64,000 nt of DNA from Antedon mediterranea (lineage: Eukaryota; Animalia; Echinodermata). Every line of letters starts with the position of its first letter. Position 1 is the stretch's first letter. Location of the stretch: NCBI RefSeq assembly GCF_964355755.1, contig NC_092670.1, forward strand, positions 39,544,388-39,608,387, read 5' to 3'. Of the stretch, positions 34,301 to 49,300 are shown piece after piece. The notes under the pieces were generated by a model. It had not been told where the DNA came from, did no database searches, and worked only from the letters and a program-made list of their open reading frames with translations. Both the position numbers and the translations under genes were made by a program.

Positions 34301-37300
34301 CCAGCTGACCATTGCTTTATTGGACCCATTGGTAGTGAAGACATCAATATCACTGGGACATGAAACAACTGGTTGTTCTTTATCTAAAAACATTGGAAAA
34401 AATGAATGTGTATAAAAAAAGACAATAGTAGAAAAGTTACTTACATAATTATTAGGTGAAGTAGAAAAGTCTTACCAATTACAATGACATAAAAAGTACA
34501 TTCAGCCATATTTCCATACACATCAGTAGCCTCACATGTTACATTTTGTCTTGTCACTGGCCAGATGACATCAAATTGATCACCAGATTCTCTACTACAG
34601 GTCCAAGTTACATTTCCAGAGTTGTCACTTACGGATACATTCCATGAGACAGTGGAATATGCTTGACCAGGATCAGTTAATGCTACATCAATGTTGTCAG
34701 GACATGTTAACATAGGTTCATCGTCATCTAAGAACATAAAATCCCCAAAATATAAGTTTTTTATATATGCATTGACATATATTGATACAAACATTGTCAA
34801 AGCCACAATCAGCTTCTGAGTAAAAAAAGTATGTTACTTGCCTGCAACATTTATTGTAAAAGAGCAATTGGCTGAGTTGCCAAATATGTCTTCAGCAACA
34901 TATTCTAATGTTGTTGTGCCAACGTAAAATTCTTGTCCTGAACTATCGTAGTTTGTACCAGAGCCAGTCAAAGTTACATCATACATTTCTGGACTGTTGT
35001 CAGTGATGCTCACTGACCAGCTGACCATTGCTTTATTGGACCCATTGGTAGTGAAGACATCAATATCACTGGGACACGAAACAACTGGTTGTTCTTTATC
35101 TAAAAATATTTGACAAAAAATGAATGTGTATGAAAAAAGAAGATATTATAATTTTTTTCAGGTGTAAAAAAAGTTAGTTATATAATTATTAAGTGAAGTA
35201 GAAAAGTCTTACCAATTACAATGACATAAAAAGTACATTCTGCCATATTCCCATACACATCAGTAGCTTCACATGTTACATTTTGTCTTGTCACTGGCCA
35301 GATCACATCAAACTGATCACCAGAATCTCTACTACAGGTCCAAGTTACATTGCCTGAGTTGTCACTTACTGATACATTCCATGAGACAGGGGAATATGCT
35401 TGACCAGGATCAGTTAATGCTACATCAATGTTGTCAGGACATTCCAACATAGGTTCATCATCATCTAAGAACAAAAAAACATTCCCAAAATGTAAGTTTT
35501 AAATATATGCATTCACATTTATTGATTCCAACTCTGTCAAAGCCACAATCAGCTATAATTTACCAATTTCCTTGGAGTCAAAAAGTATTTTACTTGCCTG
35601 CAACATTTACTGTAAAAGAACAATTGGCCGAGTTGCCAAATATGTCTTCAGCAACATATTCTAATGTTGTTGTGCCAACGTAAAATTCTTGTCCTGAACT
35701 ATCGTAGTTTGTACCAAAGCCAGTCAAAGTTACATCGTACATTTCTGGACTGTTGTCTGTGATGCTCACTGACCAGCTGACCATTGCTTTATTGGACCCA
35801 TTAGTAGTGAAGACATCAATATCACTGGGACACGAAACAACTGGTTGTTCTTTATCTAAAAATATTTGAAAAAAAAAGAATGTGTATGAAAAAAGACGAT
35901 ATTAGAATTTTTTTCAGGTGTAAAAAAAGTTAGTTATATAATTATTCGGTGAAGTAGAAAAGTCTTACCAATTATAATAACATAGAAAGTACATTCTGCC
36001 ATATTTCCATACACATCAGTAGCTTCACATGTTACATTTTGTCTTGTCACTGGCCAGATCACATCAAATTGATCACCAGATTCTCTACTACAGGTCCAAG
36101 TTACATTGCCTGAGTTGTCACTTACTGATACATTCCATGAGACAGTGGAATATGCTTGACCAGGATCAGTTAATGCTATATCAATGTTGTCAGGACATGT
36201 TAACATAGGTTCATCATCATCTAAGGACAAGAAAACCCAAAATGTTTTAAATATATGCATTCACATTTAATAATACTAACAACTGTCAAAGCCACAATCA
36301 GCTTTAATTTACCAATAACCTCAGAGAAAGAAAGTATGTTACTTGCCTGTAACATTTACTGTAAAAGAACAATTGGCAGAGTTGCCAAATATGTCTTCAG
36401 CAACATATTCTATCGTTGTTGTGCCAACATAAAATTCTTGTCCTGAACTATCGTAGTTTGTACCAGAGCCAGTCACAATTACATCATACATTGCTGGACT
36501 GTTGTCTGTGATGCTCACTGACCAGCTGACCATTGCTTTATTGGACCCATTGGTAGTGAAGACATTCACATCACTGGGACACGAAACAACTGGTTGTTCT
36601 TTATCTAAAAACATTGGACAAAAAATAAATTTGTATAAAAAAGACGATAGTAGAATTTTTCAGGTGTAAAAAGTTAGTTATATAATTATTAAGTGAAGTA
36701 GAAAAGTCTTACCAATTACAATGACATAAAAAGTACATTCTGCCATATTCCCATACACATCAGTAGCTTCACATGTTACATTTTGTCTTGTCACTGGCCA
36801 GATCACATCAAATTGATCACCAGATTCTCTACTACAGGTCCAAGTTACATTGCCTGAGTTGTCACTTACTGACACATTCCATGAGACAGTGGAATATGCT
36901 TGACCAGGATCAGTTAATGCTACATCAATGTTGTCAGGACATTCTAACATAGGTTCATCATCATCTAAGAACAAAAACACCCAAAAAAGTTGTAATATAT
37001 ATGCATTCAAATGTTACCAACTCTGGCAAAGCCACAATTAGCTAAATTATCAATAATACCTCACATTAAAAAATGTTACTTACCTAGAACATTTACTGTA
37101 AAAGAACAATTGGCAGAGTTGCCAAATATATCTTCAGCAACATATTCTATCGTTGTTGTGCCAACATAAAATTCTTGTCCTGAGCTATCGTAGTTTGTAC
37201 CAGAGCCAGTCAAAGTTACATCGTACATTTCTGGACTGTTGTCTGTGATGCTCAATGACCAGCTGACCATTGCTTTATTGGACCCATTGATAGTGAAGAC

Positions 37301-40300
37301 ATCAATATCACTGGGACACGAAACAACTGGTTGTTCTTTATCTAAAAATATTTGACAAAAAATGAATGTGTATAAAAAAAGACGATATTAGAATTTTTTT
37401 CAGGTGTAAAAAGTTAGTTATATAATTATTAAGTGAAGTAGAAAAGTCTTACCAATTACAATGACATAGAAAGTACATTCAGCCATATTTCCATACACAT
37501 CAGTAGCTTCACATGTTACATTCTGTCTTGTCACTGGCCAGATCACATCAAATTGATCACCAGAATCTCTACTACAGGTCCAAGTTACATTGTCTGAGTT
37601 GTCACTTACTGATACATTCCATGAGACAGTGGAATATGCTTGACCAGGATCAGTTAATGCTACATCAATGTTGTCAGGACATGTTAACATAGGTTCATCA
37701 TCATCTAAGGACAAAAAAACCCAAAATGTTTTAAATATATGCATTCACATTTAATAATACTAACAACTGTCAAAGCCACAATCAGCTTTAATTTACCAAT
37801 AACCTCAGAGAAAAAAAGTATGTTACTTGCCTGTAACATTTACTGTAAAAGAACAATTGGCAGAGTTGCCAAATATGTCTTCAGCAACATATTCTATGGT
37901 TGTTGTGCCAACATAAAATTCTTGTCCTGAACTATCGTAGTTTGTACCAGAGCCAGTCAAAGTTACATCGTATATTGCTGGACTGTTGTCTGTGATGCTC
38001 ACTGACCAGCTGACCATTGCTTTATTGGACCCATTGGTAGTGAAGACATCCATATCACTGGGACACAAAACAACTGGTTGTTCTTTATCTAAAAACATTG
38101 GAAAAAATAAATGTGTATAAAAAAGACGATAGTAGAAAAGTTAGTTATATAATTATTAAGTGAAGTAGAAAAGTCTTACCAATTACAATGACATAAAAAG
38201 TACATTCAGCCATATTTCCATACACATCAGTGGCTTCACATGTTACATTTTGTCTTGTCACTGGCCAGATGACATCAAATTGATCACCAGATTCTCTACT
38301 ACAGGTCCAAGTTACATTGCCTGAGTTGTCACTTACTGACACATTCCACGAGACAGTGGAATATGCTTGACCAGGATCAGTTAATGCTACATCAATGTTG
38401 TCAGGACATGTTAACATAGGTTCATCATCATCTAAGAACCAAAACACCCAAAAAAGTTGTAATATACATGCATTCAAATGTTACCAACTCTGGCAAAGCC
38501 ACAATTAGCTATATTAGCAATAATACCTCACATTAAAAAAATGTTACTTGCCTGCAACATTTAATGTAAAAGAACAATTGGCCGAGTTGCCAAATATGTC
38601 TTCAGCAACATATTCTATTTTAGTTGTGCCAACATAAAATTCTTGTCCTGAACTATCGTAGTTTGTACCAGAGCCAGTCAAAGTTACATCATACATTGCT
38701 GGACTGTTGTCTGTGATGCTCACTGACCAGCTGACCATTGCTTTATTGGACCCATTGGTAGTGAAGACATCAATATCACTGGGACACGAAAGAACTGGTT
38801 GTTCTTCATCTAAAGAGAATTAAACAAATGCAATAGATGGTGATGAAGAAACCTGAAAGTGCATAGTATAGAGATGTTGATGTGTTTGAAAACACATTAA
38901 GATGGATTAAAGAAAAGAATGTTGGTTAAAAAAAAAATCAAACCACTTAAAAGTACCTAGTACATTTTTCGAGATTAGTAGGGGGTTACACTGATGTACT
39001 AGTACATATAAAATATAAAATCTTCGTACGCAAAGTAAAGCCAAGAAGGAGAAGAAGACTAGTACATACACAATCACTGATCATAACTGGGCCAGTCTTT
39101 GACTGAAAAGGTCATCCAGTATAAATAATAACAAATTCAAATATGATATAGTCTACATCATTTTATATAGGCCTAATTGACCAAAACATTATCAGCTATA
39201 TTCATAATTTTCTAACTGAACTCAACTAATTTGTACATAGTTGTTGTACTTTGTATGGGTAGATCCAAAGGGCAGCGCTAGGGTCACGTTCTTCTTTTGA
39301 AAGCTAAAATTAAATCATGAAGTACTTTTTTTGGGAGACTATTATTATCAATATGTTAGTGCTCCTCCATTTAACCAATCTTGGATCCGCTCATACCTTG
39401 TAATTGTGTATTCAATGCACTTTTGTAGTATTAAGTACTATATTAAATGCAATGAATAATAATAATAATGTAATATATAAAACAGATGCTTGTGTATAAA
39501 TCTGTGTAGAAATTATGATTTTGATAAAGAACAACTGATTCAAACGGCGAGTAATTTGAAACAGTCCTCCTTTTTAACATAATACACAATTTTACAGATT
39601 CAAAGCAGTTTGCTGAATTTATATTACATTTTGGATAATTCTAACTGGTTGTCTTTACACAATGGCCAAACAAAAATAGCCTAATTAAAGATATTTGCCA
39701 TTTAAGTTCACTTCAATTCAATTCCTGAACTAACCACTAAAGACAAAATTTAGCTCTAACTAAAGATGGAACTTTTAAGAATAACAAGAATTTGACAATG
39801 TAAATTCTGACGTTGTACGGCCACAGGCATGAGCATAGTGTGTGTAGCTGTAATACAGCCATAAAGACTAAAATGTTTGCAATATCTATCTTTAACACTA
39901 TGTTTACGTAATTCAAGTTTTAAAAAAACAACACAAACAAATAATTGTACTTTTATTAAACATAATACAAACATATGGAAATGCACTATACATACAAAAT
40001 ACTGAATGCATTTTAGCACTTTAAACAAAGCAATGGTTTTTTAAAAGAAGGTAAAACATACATATACTATACATACAATAAGATAGAAGAAAAGCAAACA
40101 ACACAATCTATACCAATAATACATGGTAATCTTTATTAATAAAAAGTTAACTCAAACTTCTTCATGATAATGAACTTGTCAGTAACCACCTACCAAACAC
40201 TTTAACATAGAAAGTGCATTCTGCTGTATTCCCATACACATCAGTAGCTTCACATGTTACATTTTGTCTTGTCACTGGCCAGATGACATCAAATTGATCA

Positions 40301-43300
40301 CCAGATTCTCTACTACAGGTCCAAGTTACATTTCCTGAGTTGTCACTTACTGATACATTCCATGAGACAGTGGAATATGCTTGACCAGGATCAGTTAATG
40401 CTACATCAATGTTGTCAGGACATGTTAACATAGGTTCATCATTATCTAAAAAAAAATAAAGATTCTTATTTTTCTGTCTATTAAATTGTCTGTTGGAAGA
40501 CATTTAATGATTAAATTAATTAAAATGACTGTACTACAATTACACAGGTTAAAAAGAAAAAGTTTAAAAAGTCAAGTAAACAAGTCTTTTGGGCAATAGC
40601 TTTTTGTTATATCTTTATAGTATGACTACATCCATTACCAGTAATCTCCACCTGGAATGTGCATACATCAACATTTCCAGATTCATCCGTCGCTGTATAC
40701 ATAACAGTAGTTATTCCAACAGGAAAGGAAGCTGGTGGGTCACTACTTCCCGATATCACCACAGTCACTGGTTGGTTAGAATTATCTGTGTAGGTTGGTG
40801 GCGTCCAGGTGATACCATTTGCTATTTTGTCCATATCATCAGTAGTGTTTGTGATGTCACTGGGACAGTCCATTGTTACAGGTGGTTGGTCATCTGTAAA
40901 ACAATGTATATATGATTAAGTGTAGGTTTGCTATTATAAACCAATTACTCATGTTAGCAAACAATTAATAACTTACCTGTGATATTGATATAAAACGTGC
41001 ATGTAGCCTCATTTCCAGATGGGTCAGTAAATGTGTAGACAACTGTATGCTCTCCAATTTCAAAATTATCTCCAGGACTAAAATAACTTGACTGCATTGG
41101 CGTACCATCGTTATCAGTTGCTGTGGGTTCCGTCCATGTTACTGAAGTATAATTTTGATTTAGATCCGTTGTTTGTGTTATATTATCAGGACAGTTTGAA
41201 ATTACTGGATCTTCTGGATCTGAAAAGTTGATATAGAATATTTAATTTCAATCCACTTATTAAGCTTCTTTGTGATGTAAAGCCACAATTACGGTAAAAA
41301 TTAGAATTGAATAAAAATAAACTAAGTTTATGCCCTCTTTAATCTTCATCCTTTGACATTGTAAAATGTACATACCAGTTATAGTCACAGTGAAGGTACA
41401 CATTTCAATGTTGCCAGAGTTGTCAGTCACTGTTACCATAACATTTGTGTCACCGATTTCGAAAGCGGTTCCAGATGGAGGGGAAGATGTGACATCAGCT
41501 ACTCCATCATTATCACTATTTGTTGGAGTAGACCACATAACAGAGACTGTGTCATCACCAGTAGCTGTGTCCATTGATGCGATTGTAGGACATGTCACAT
41601 TTGGATTCTGTTGATCTTAAAATGTAAAGAAAGCAAATTAGTTATCCCTAGGAAAATAATAGTGTATTTTGAGTACACCCCTATACTTGAAATCTCTACC
41701 CTTAAACTTTAACTAGGCCTACTACTACAATTAATGAATTTAGTCTAAATTTGTATAGACATCAATCATCAGATCAGCCATTATGGCAGAATGGCTGAGC
41801 TTAAAGGTTAAAAACCCTCAAACTTTCTTTTGAATGTTATTTTTAAAATAAATTGAATGGATTTGAAATTCAATATCATAGATGTGAAAATAAACACCAT
41901 CATAATAATGTAGTCATGCTTTGGTTTTTGAAAGAACTTACCTGTAATGTTGACAAGAAAATAACACACAACTGTGTTTCCAGAGCTATCAGTAGCCAAA
42001 TATGTGACATCGGTAACCCCAATGGCAAACATGAATGGAGAGGTGTGAGATGAGCTAACGTCTGGTACACCATTATTGTCAGTTGGTGTGGGAGCAGTCC
42101 AGCTTTGCTCGGAAGTGTTCTCATCAAAATCAGTAGTGTCTTCAATATCAGTAGGGCAATTTTGGAACTCTGGTGGTTCATCATCTACAATAATAATGGT
42201 ATTTCTTATAAACCGGGCACACATTTACAACATATTTCAATGGAGCAGTAGCTTGGTGGTTAATGTGCTTGCCTACCAATCTCAATGCCCAGGGTTCAAT
42301 CCTAAGATAGTGTCTTTCTACTCCAATCTCTCAACCACTCATTCAATGAAAGTAATATCAATCTCTCAATCTCTCAGTACCTGAAATTGTTACAGTAAAT
42401 ATGCATTGGCCGAGATTTCCAGATCCATCAGTAAAGTTATATTCCACTGTCGCCATCCCAAATTCAAAGACATCGTTTGGTGAATGAGATGACGTCATCA
42501 TTGGTTCTTCATATGAATTGTCAGTGGCTGTCGGTTCTGTCCAGTTGACGTTACTGGCATTTGTTCCCATATCTACCATTTGTGTTATGTCAGCTGGACA
42601 GTTCATAATACTTGGAACTTCATCATCTATATCAAACATATACTTATCATTAGTAATAACCAGAAATTGGGGATTGTAAAGTTAATGTGTAACGCCTCCT
42701 GGATGGCATGTGTTTATTAACGAACCACTCATCTTATGGTATAGTGCATGTCTTTCATCTACATTATTGGTAATATAATTGCAATATTTTCTGGTTTTTA
42801 AGGGGAGTTTGCCTACCTATAACCAATACATCAAAAGTACAGGTTGCTTCATTGCCAGCTCCATCTGTAGCTGTGGCTGTCACTGTAACAGTTCCAATGT
42901 AGAATTCATCATTTGGATTGTGTGAACTAGCAATTGTGGGTGTAACTAACGAGTTGTCTATTGCTACTAGCATGTCCCATGTTATAGTTGTGTAATTAAC
43001 TGTGGCATCAGTAGTTCCATTTAGTTCACCTATACAATTTATAAACTCCGGAGGTTCCATATCTAGAAAAAATGTACAAGAAGCAGTGTCTAATTATCTA
43101 TGGTAAAATCAAATATATTATTAAAGTGTTAAGTTTATGATTAAACAGTAGGGAAGAATGAATGTCAACACCAAGATCTTCTCAGATAGTCTCCGTGTAC
43201 TGTACCTTGAATCCAATCACTCTTCTAACTGTTAACCTTGTTGTATTGGTCCATTCTTGGCATGGATTTGACAACATACCACTGTATCATGCAATAGAAA

Positions 43301-46300
43301 TATTTGATTATCATTTGTGTTTAAAACATTTAGCTTTACCTTCAATTGTGACAACAAATGTACAATTAGCCTCATTCCCAGCTGCATCCGACGCAGTAAA
43401 AGTAACAGCAGTATCACCAAAATTGAACATTGAACCCGAAGGAATGTCAACATTTTGTGAAGTTACATTAACGTTGTCAGTTACAGTTGCTGTGTAGTTT
43501 ACTATAGCTGTTGCGGCGCCCTCAGTTGAGTTGGCGGTTATATTACTTGGGCAAGTAACAACAGGATCCTCAGTATCTTGAATCAAACAAATTAATTTTG
43601 CATAAAAATTAAAGATTATTATTTCTAATAGAAGAAGATGAATAAAGGCTATTGATATGACCCCTTTGAATCTGCCGATGAAAGTAAACAAAAATGAAGA
43701 AAGAATCCCATTAAATTTCAAGAAATGAATTACTAGAATTGTACATAATAAAAGTTTTTGTAGAGGTTATTCAAAAGCTTATATGCAAATCCTATGCAAA
43801 TCTATATATAATGAATAAATTAAGGCCATAACCAATAAATTGGGTATCGATTCACAAGTCTGAAAAATGTTTCCTTACCAATAACGGTTATAAAAAACGA
43901 GCAATATCCAGTATTCATTGCTGCATCTGTAGCGTAATACTCCACCTCTGTAGTTCCAAGTTGAAATGTATATGTATTAGGAAAAATATTATTATAAGTA
44001 GGAATTGTCCCAGGTACGTTATCATTGAATGCTGGTGGCGTCCATGCGACATTATCCTTTGTACTCACTCCCATATCTGTACTGTAGGTGCTATTACTTG
44101 GACAGCTAGTAGGTACTGGAGCTTCAATATCTATGAATAAATAAGTACTGTACATTGGCATATATCTGGAATGGTTTTCAGTAGTTATTAAGGAACCTCA
44201 AAAACATAGATTTGTTCTGCTTGATTACAACTTTAATCATTAATTCATTTGTATAGGTATACATTTACACTGTGATAAACATAGTGACCAATTGGTATCA
44301 TGGTCCTTATACTATACTTACCAATAATTGTAACTATGAATTCACATGAGGCTAAATTTCCTGAAGGGTCTGTGAAATTATATGTGACTGTAGTGTTATC
44401 CAGATCAAATGTTGAGCCATTTGTGTGTGACTGAGAGACAAAAACACTTCCTGAGTTATCCATTGCTGTTGGTTCTGTCCAGTAGGTTACTCGATCTGGT
44501 TCGCCGTCGTCTGTTGGCAATATGAAATCTTCAGGGCAATCACTCACAATCGGGGCCTCAGTATCTATTAATTCAGTTTAAATCATCATCAACAATTAAT
44601 TTCAGTTGTCAACTTTCTACTTTACCATACAATTTTACAATAAGTTATAAAAGTTAAGAATTTCATCTTCTTTTACAGAGAACTAAGCAAAAACTAAGCG
44701 TTATAAGTTTCATGTACTCTTGTTACTTATCGACCTGCTACAGAGATATTTTCATATAAAGAAGTGTCCATGGCATTTGCACAGGTAGGGATCTCACGAA
44801 ATAGACTGTTGGCTTTGACCTTCAGGCAAAGTTTAAGTTGCAATGCAAGCCCATAACCAGAATTTTTTTCATTTTTCAACCAAAGAGGAAAAAATCTAAT
44901 TTGCCATTACTTCTGCTGCTGGTCTGAAAGAAAATATAGTATATTGGTCTATTGACATACCTTCAACAGTTATGTTAAATGTACAGCTTTCCATGTTACC
45001 ACTTGGATCAGTTGCTTGATAAGAGACAACTGTGGTACCAATTGAAAAGGTGCTTCCATTCATATAGTCTACAGCTAGATCAACATTGCCATTACTGTTA
45101 TCACTGGTAGTTGGTGAACTCCATTTAACAGATGTTTCTAGTTGTCCTGCATCAGCACCAACCGTTAAATCCCTTGGACAGGTTATTACTGGTTTTTCAA
45201 TATCTTAATGTTTAAAAAAAAATGTATTCACTGTGAGTTTATTGCAAATATTTTGTTATTATTATTATTATTTATTGAGGAATTTGATTTTTAGGAACCA
45301 GCATTGGGCTGTCAATAGTGAATTAAGAAAGAGGATTTAAAACAAACAAGAGCCAGAATTAGCCCAAAAAAATCATCTTAACTTAGTTAATTTTTAAATA
45401 TTTATGGATGAAGTCCACTCATCATAAAAAGAACTTCATAACCCCATTAAGCAAAAAAGATATTAACTGTCAGCCCATGCCCTGCCATTGGGAGGTAAAC
45501 AATTAGGTGCAATAGGTTATATAGAAATAATACTAAGAAAAAGAATACATACCTGTAATGTTGACAATGAACATGCATTCATTCATATTCATATTTGCAT
45601 CAGTAAATGTAAAAGTAACAGTTTCAACTCCAATACCAAATCCATCACCTGACGTTGCTGTTTGAACTGTTGTAAAGAAACCACTGTTGTCTTCAGCAAC
45701 AGGTGGCAACCATGTGATGTTTGCATAGGATAGACCAGGTTCAGTGTTATTGTGTATATCGTCTGGGCAGAACAATACTTCTGGGTCTTCAAAATCTAAA
45801 ACCAGTATGAAAAATTGTATTTCACAAATTAAATTTGTTCAACCATATTTTTATACACATATCAACTATAAGAAAGATGTTGTGACCTGTACCTACCATT
45901 AATACTTATATTGAAGGAGCAAGAGTCTTCATTTGAGTATATATCTTCAAATGAATAAGTTACTTCATGTACTCCAATTTCAAAAACAGTTGGAATGGTA
46001 TGACTTTCTGTTACAGTAACCATTTCGTAGGAATTATCCATAAATGTTGGATACTGCCATGTAACATTGGTAGAGTTTGCATTCATAGATGTGTTGACAT
46101 TAAAACTTGCTGGACAATTGAATGTTGGTGGCTCATCATCTGCAATATTAAAGAATATTTTTAATAAAAGGTCATCAAGTGTCAACTGTGGTTAATAGGG
46201 AGCTTTTGATTTGATGTGTCATGAGTTGTCACCTGCACCTAGAAACCAACCAAATAAAGTGAAGAAGCACATTCTAACTTCTCCACATACGCACTGGCCA

Positions 46301-49300
46301 AACTTTTTTCCATGTTGTCAATCATCACTAATCAAAATCTCCCATTTTGTTTTATAACAATCTCAGGTTCAAGGGTTCAAATTCTTACTCAGAATTTTTT
46401 TTTTACATTGTGTAATTGGTGTTTAGTGGGTGTATAATTGGTGTTTAATGGGTGTATAATTGGTGTTTAACTGGTGTTTAATTGGAGTTTAACTGATATT
46501 TAATTTGTGTTTAACTGGTGTTTAATTGGTGTTTAACTGATATTTAATTGGTGTTTAACTGGTATTTAATTGGTGTTTAACTGATATTTAATTGGTGTTT
46601 AACTGGTGTTTAATTGGTGTTTAACTAGTATTTAATTGGTGTTTAACTGGTATTTAATAATTGTTTAATTGTGGGATGTGTACTGAATATCAATCTTGTA
46701 CAAGCTAACCTATTAAATTTACGGTAAAATTGCAAATTTCAGTATTTCCATAAGAATCTTCAGCTGTGTATGTCACCAAAGTTTCACCAATATAGAAATC
46801 ACTACCACTATTGTGCGTTGAGACAAGGGTCGGTGTTCCTGCGTTATCAGTTGCTGTGGGTTCTGTCCAGATGGCAGCAGTGTAGTTCACACCAGAAGAC
46901 GTTGTCAGATTCTGATCAGGAGGACAGTCATTGATAACAGGATGTTCCTTGTCTGTAAAATTATTTTTACACTGTTAGTGGTGGATATAACATAAATCTA
47001 TCAAAGATATACAAAAGTACTGTTGAATTCAGTACTATTGAGCAACATAAACTTATCCTGAATGTACATAACATGCATGTGCATTTAAGGGCAATTTGCA
47101 GTGCACAATGATCAAGATAACTACTATTTTAGTATACTGTGCACATTTGCATTTATGAAACATGTACAAACATAAGAAGGTATTTTGGCAAATTGATGGT
47201 TAAAGATGTATTGTCCCTTTGACTAATTTCCAAAAAAATTTTTTTTTAATATTTACAAAAAAAGTGGGTCATTTTGAAGTATCATAATAGTTACTAACTT
47301 CCACCAAAAATTAGTCGAAAAAAAAAATCATTTAACTGAAATGCAGACGTTTTTTTGTTCAAAAAATAACTTTGACTTCCAGTCAAAGTTTTCGATCAAA
47401 GCATATCTCATAATGCAACGCGCTTGTTTGGCTACTCTGTATGCATAATCATAAAACTTCCTCGCGATCTGGGTGAAAACACCTTCTCAACAGTGACGAG
47501 TTGTAAACAATCCTAATTAGCATAATGCATACTCGTGGTTTGAAATCTTTGTTTACTTTCGCTTGCGACGATTTTCCAGACGAAATGTAATAAAGTTAAT
47601 TTACCTGTTAATTACGTAAACTTGTTGTTTTTGGCTTGAATTTTCAACTTAAAGTGAATAACTTTAATATTACTTTGATATGGCCAATTTAAATTTAGAA
47701 TATTTTGACCTTCATTTTTTGTGTCTCAAGGGACAATACATCTTTAAGATATTGTGCTACACCCATTCTTATCACTGTCTTGAATGTGGAAACAAAAGCC
47801 TCTTTTATTATATAACCTGTATTCCAACCAAAATCTGGATTCACCCCCAACTTTGAACATGTTTTCTCTTTATAATTTACACTTTTTCCCCTTTGTTCAA
47901 ATCTAGTAAAAAGAACAAGTACCTTCAACTATGATATAGAATGTACAAGAAGCTGTGTTCCCTGCAGTATCTTCAGCTGTGTAGGTTTGCTCAAATGGTG
48001 TACTACCAGTAACAGCAATACTTATAGGAGGAGTGACATCAGGACTTGCTACTGGACTTGTAGGGAGAAGTTCTACATTGTCAGTGGGTACAGGTACTGT
48101 CCAATCTGGAGAACCTGACCCTAACCCAGGTGCTGTTTCTGCTGTTATATTATCAGGACATGTAATATTAGGATTTTCCTGATCTGATAGAGAAATAAAC
48201 AAAGATAAGAACACATACAACAGAAATTTGTCATACTCACATAATGTAAATATGTATAAAAAAAACGACAAAAGTGAGAATAACAATGAAATAGTTATTA
48301 TCATTATTATCACAGAAGTATTCAATAATTGTATAAATCTGTTGAAGATGAAATAAATAAATAAATAAATAGTGGTTAACGCCACAAAAGAGAAAAAAAA
48401 ATTGTCATAGTAAAATTCAAACACATAAATCAACATTTCAATTGTGGTTTTATTCTACATAAAATAATATTTTTTTAGGTAAATGTCATTATATTAGAAC
48501 AAATATTACTTTAGGAAATCATGGTTGTAAAATAGAATACAGTACAGTATCAGAAGTTCGGGAGAAGTAGAAGTTCGGGAGATGATTTATAGGTTGTTAT
48601 TGTAAATATAGAGTTGTTTCTTGAAATTAATGCCATAAATATTATGTTAAAAAGATACATAAACAATATCTGTAATATAGATAAACAATATTTACTACTA
48701 ATACTTAAATTTAATTATATATATTATTATCTACTATTGTACTTGGACCAGTGGCGTACATACTACTGTATTGAATGAAAGAAAAAATAAATACCAATAG
48801 CATAAGGGATGAAACAAACATTATTCTGACTGCAGTAACTACATTTTTAAAGTTTGTTTCATTGTAAAAGTTTATGAGGCAGTCACTGCAATAAATAAAC
48901 AGTGTATAAACAAAAAAAATGATACAAATTGTAGTTACTGCAGTATCTGCAGTAGAATCATCATATTGACATGATCTTGACGCACCTTCAACTGTAATGA
49001 CAAATTCACAGGTTGCATTGTTATTGGAATCATCATAAGCGACGTACACAACAGTGAATTCAGAAATGTTGTAAATCTGATTTGGGTAATAATTCTGTAC
49101 AGTTCTGTTCACACCATTGTTGTCCATGGCAACAGGTTCAACCCAAGACACAACCGCTGTTGCTAATCCAGGATCTGTTCCAATTGTAAACGATTCAGTA
49201 CAGTTTTCAAAATAAGGCGATTTCAAATCTAATCAAAGAAAGAAAAAACATGTTGCATGAAATATGAGAATAAAACCCAAGAACTTGATAAGGGCTGACT

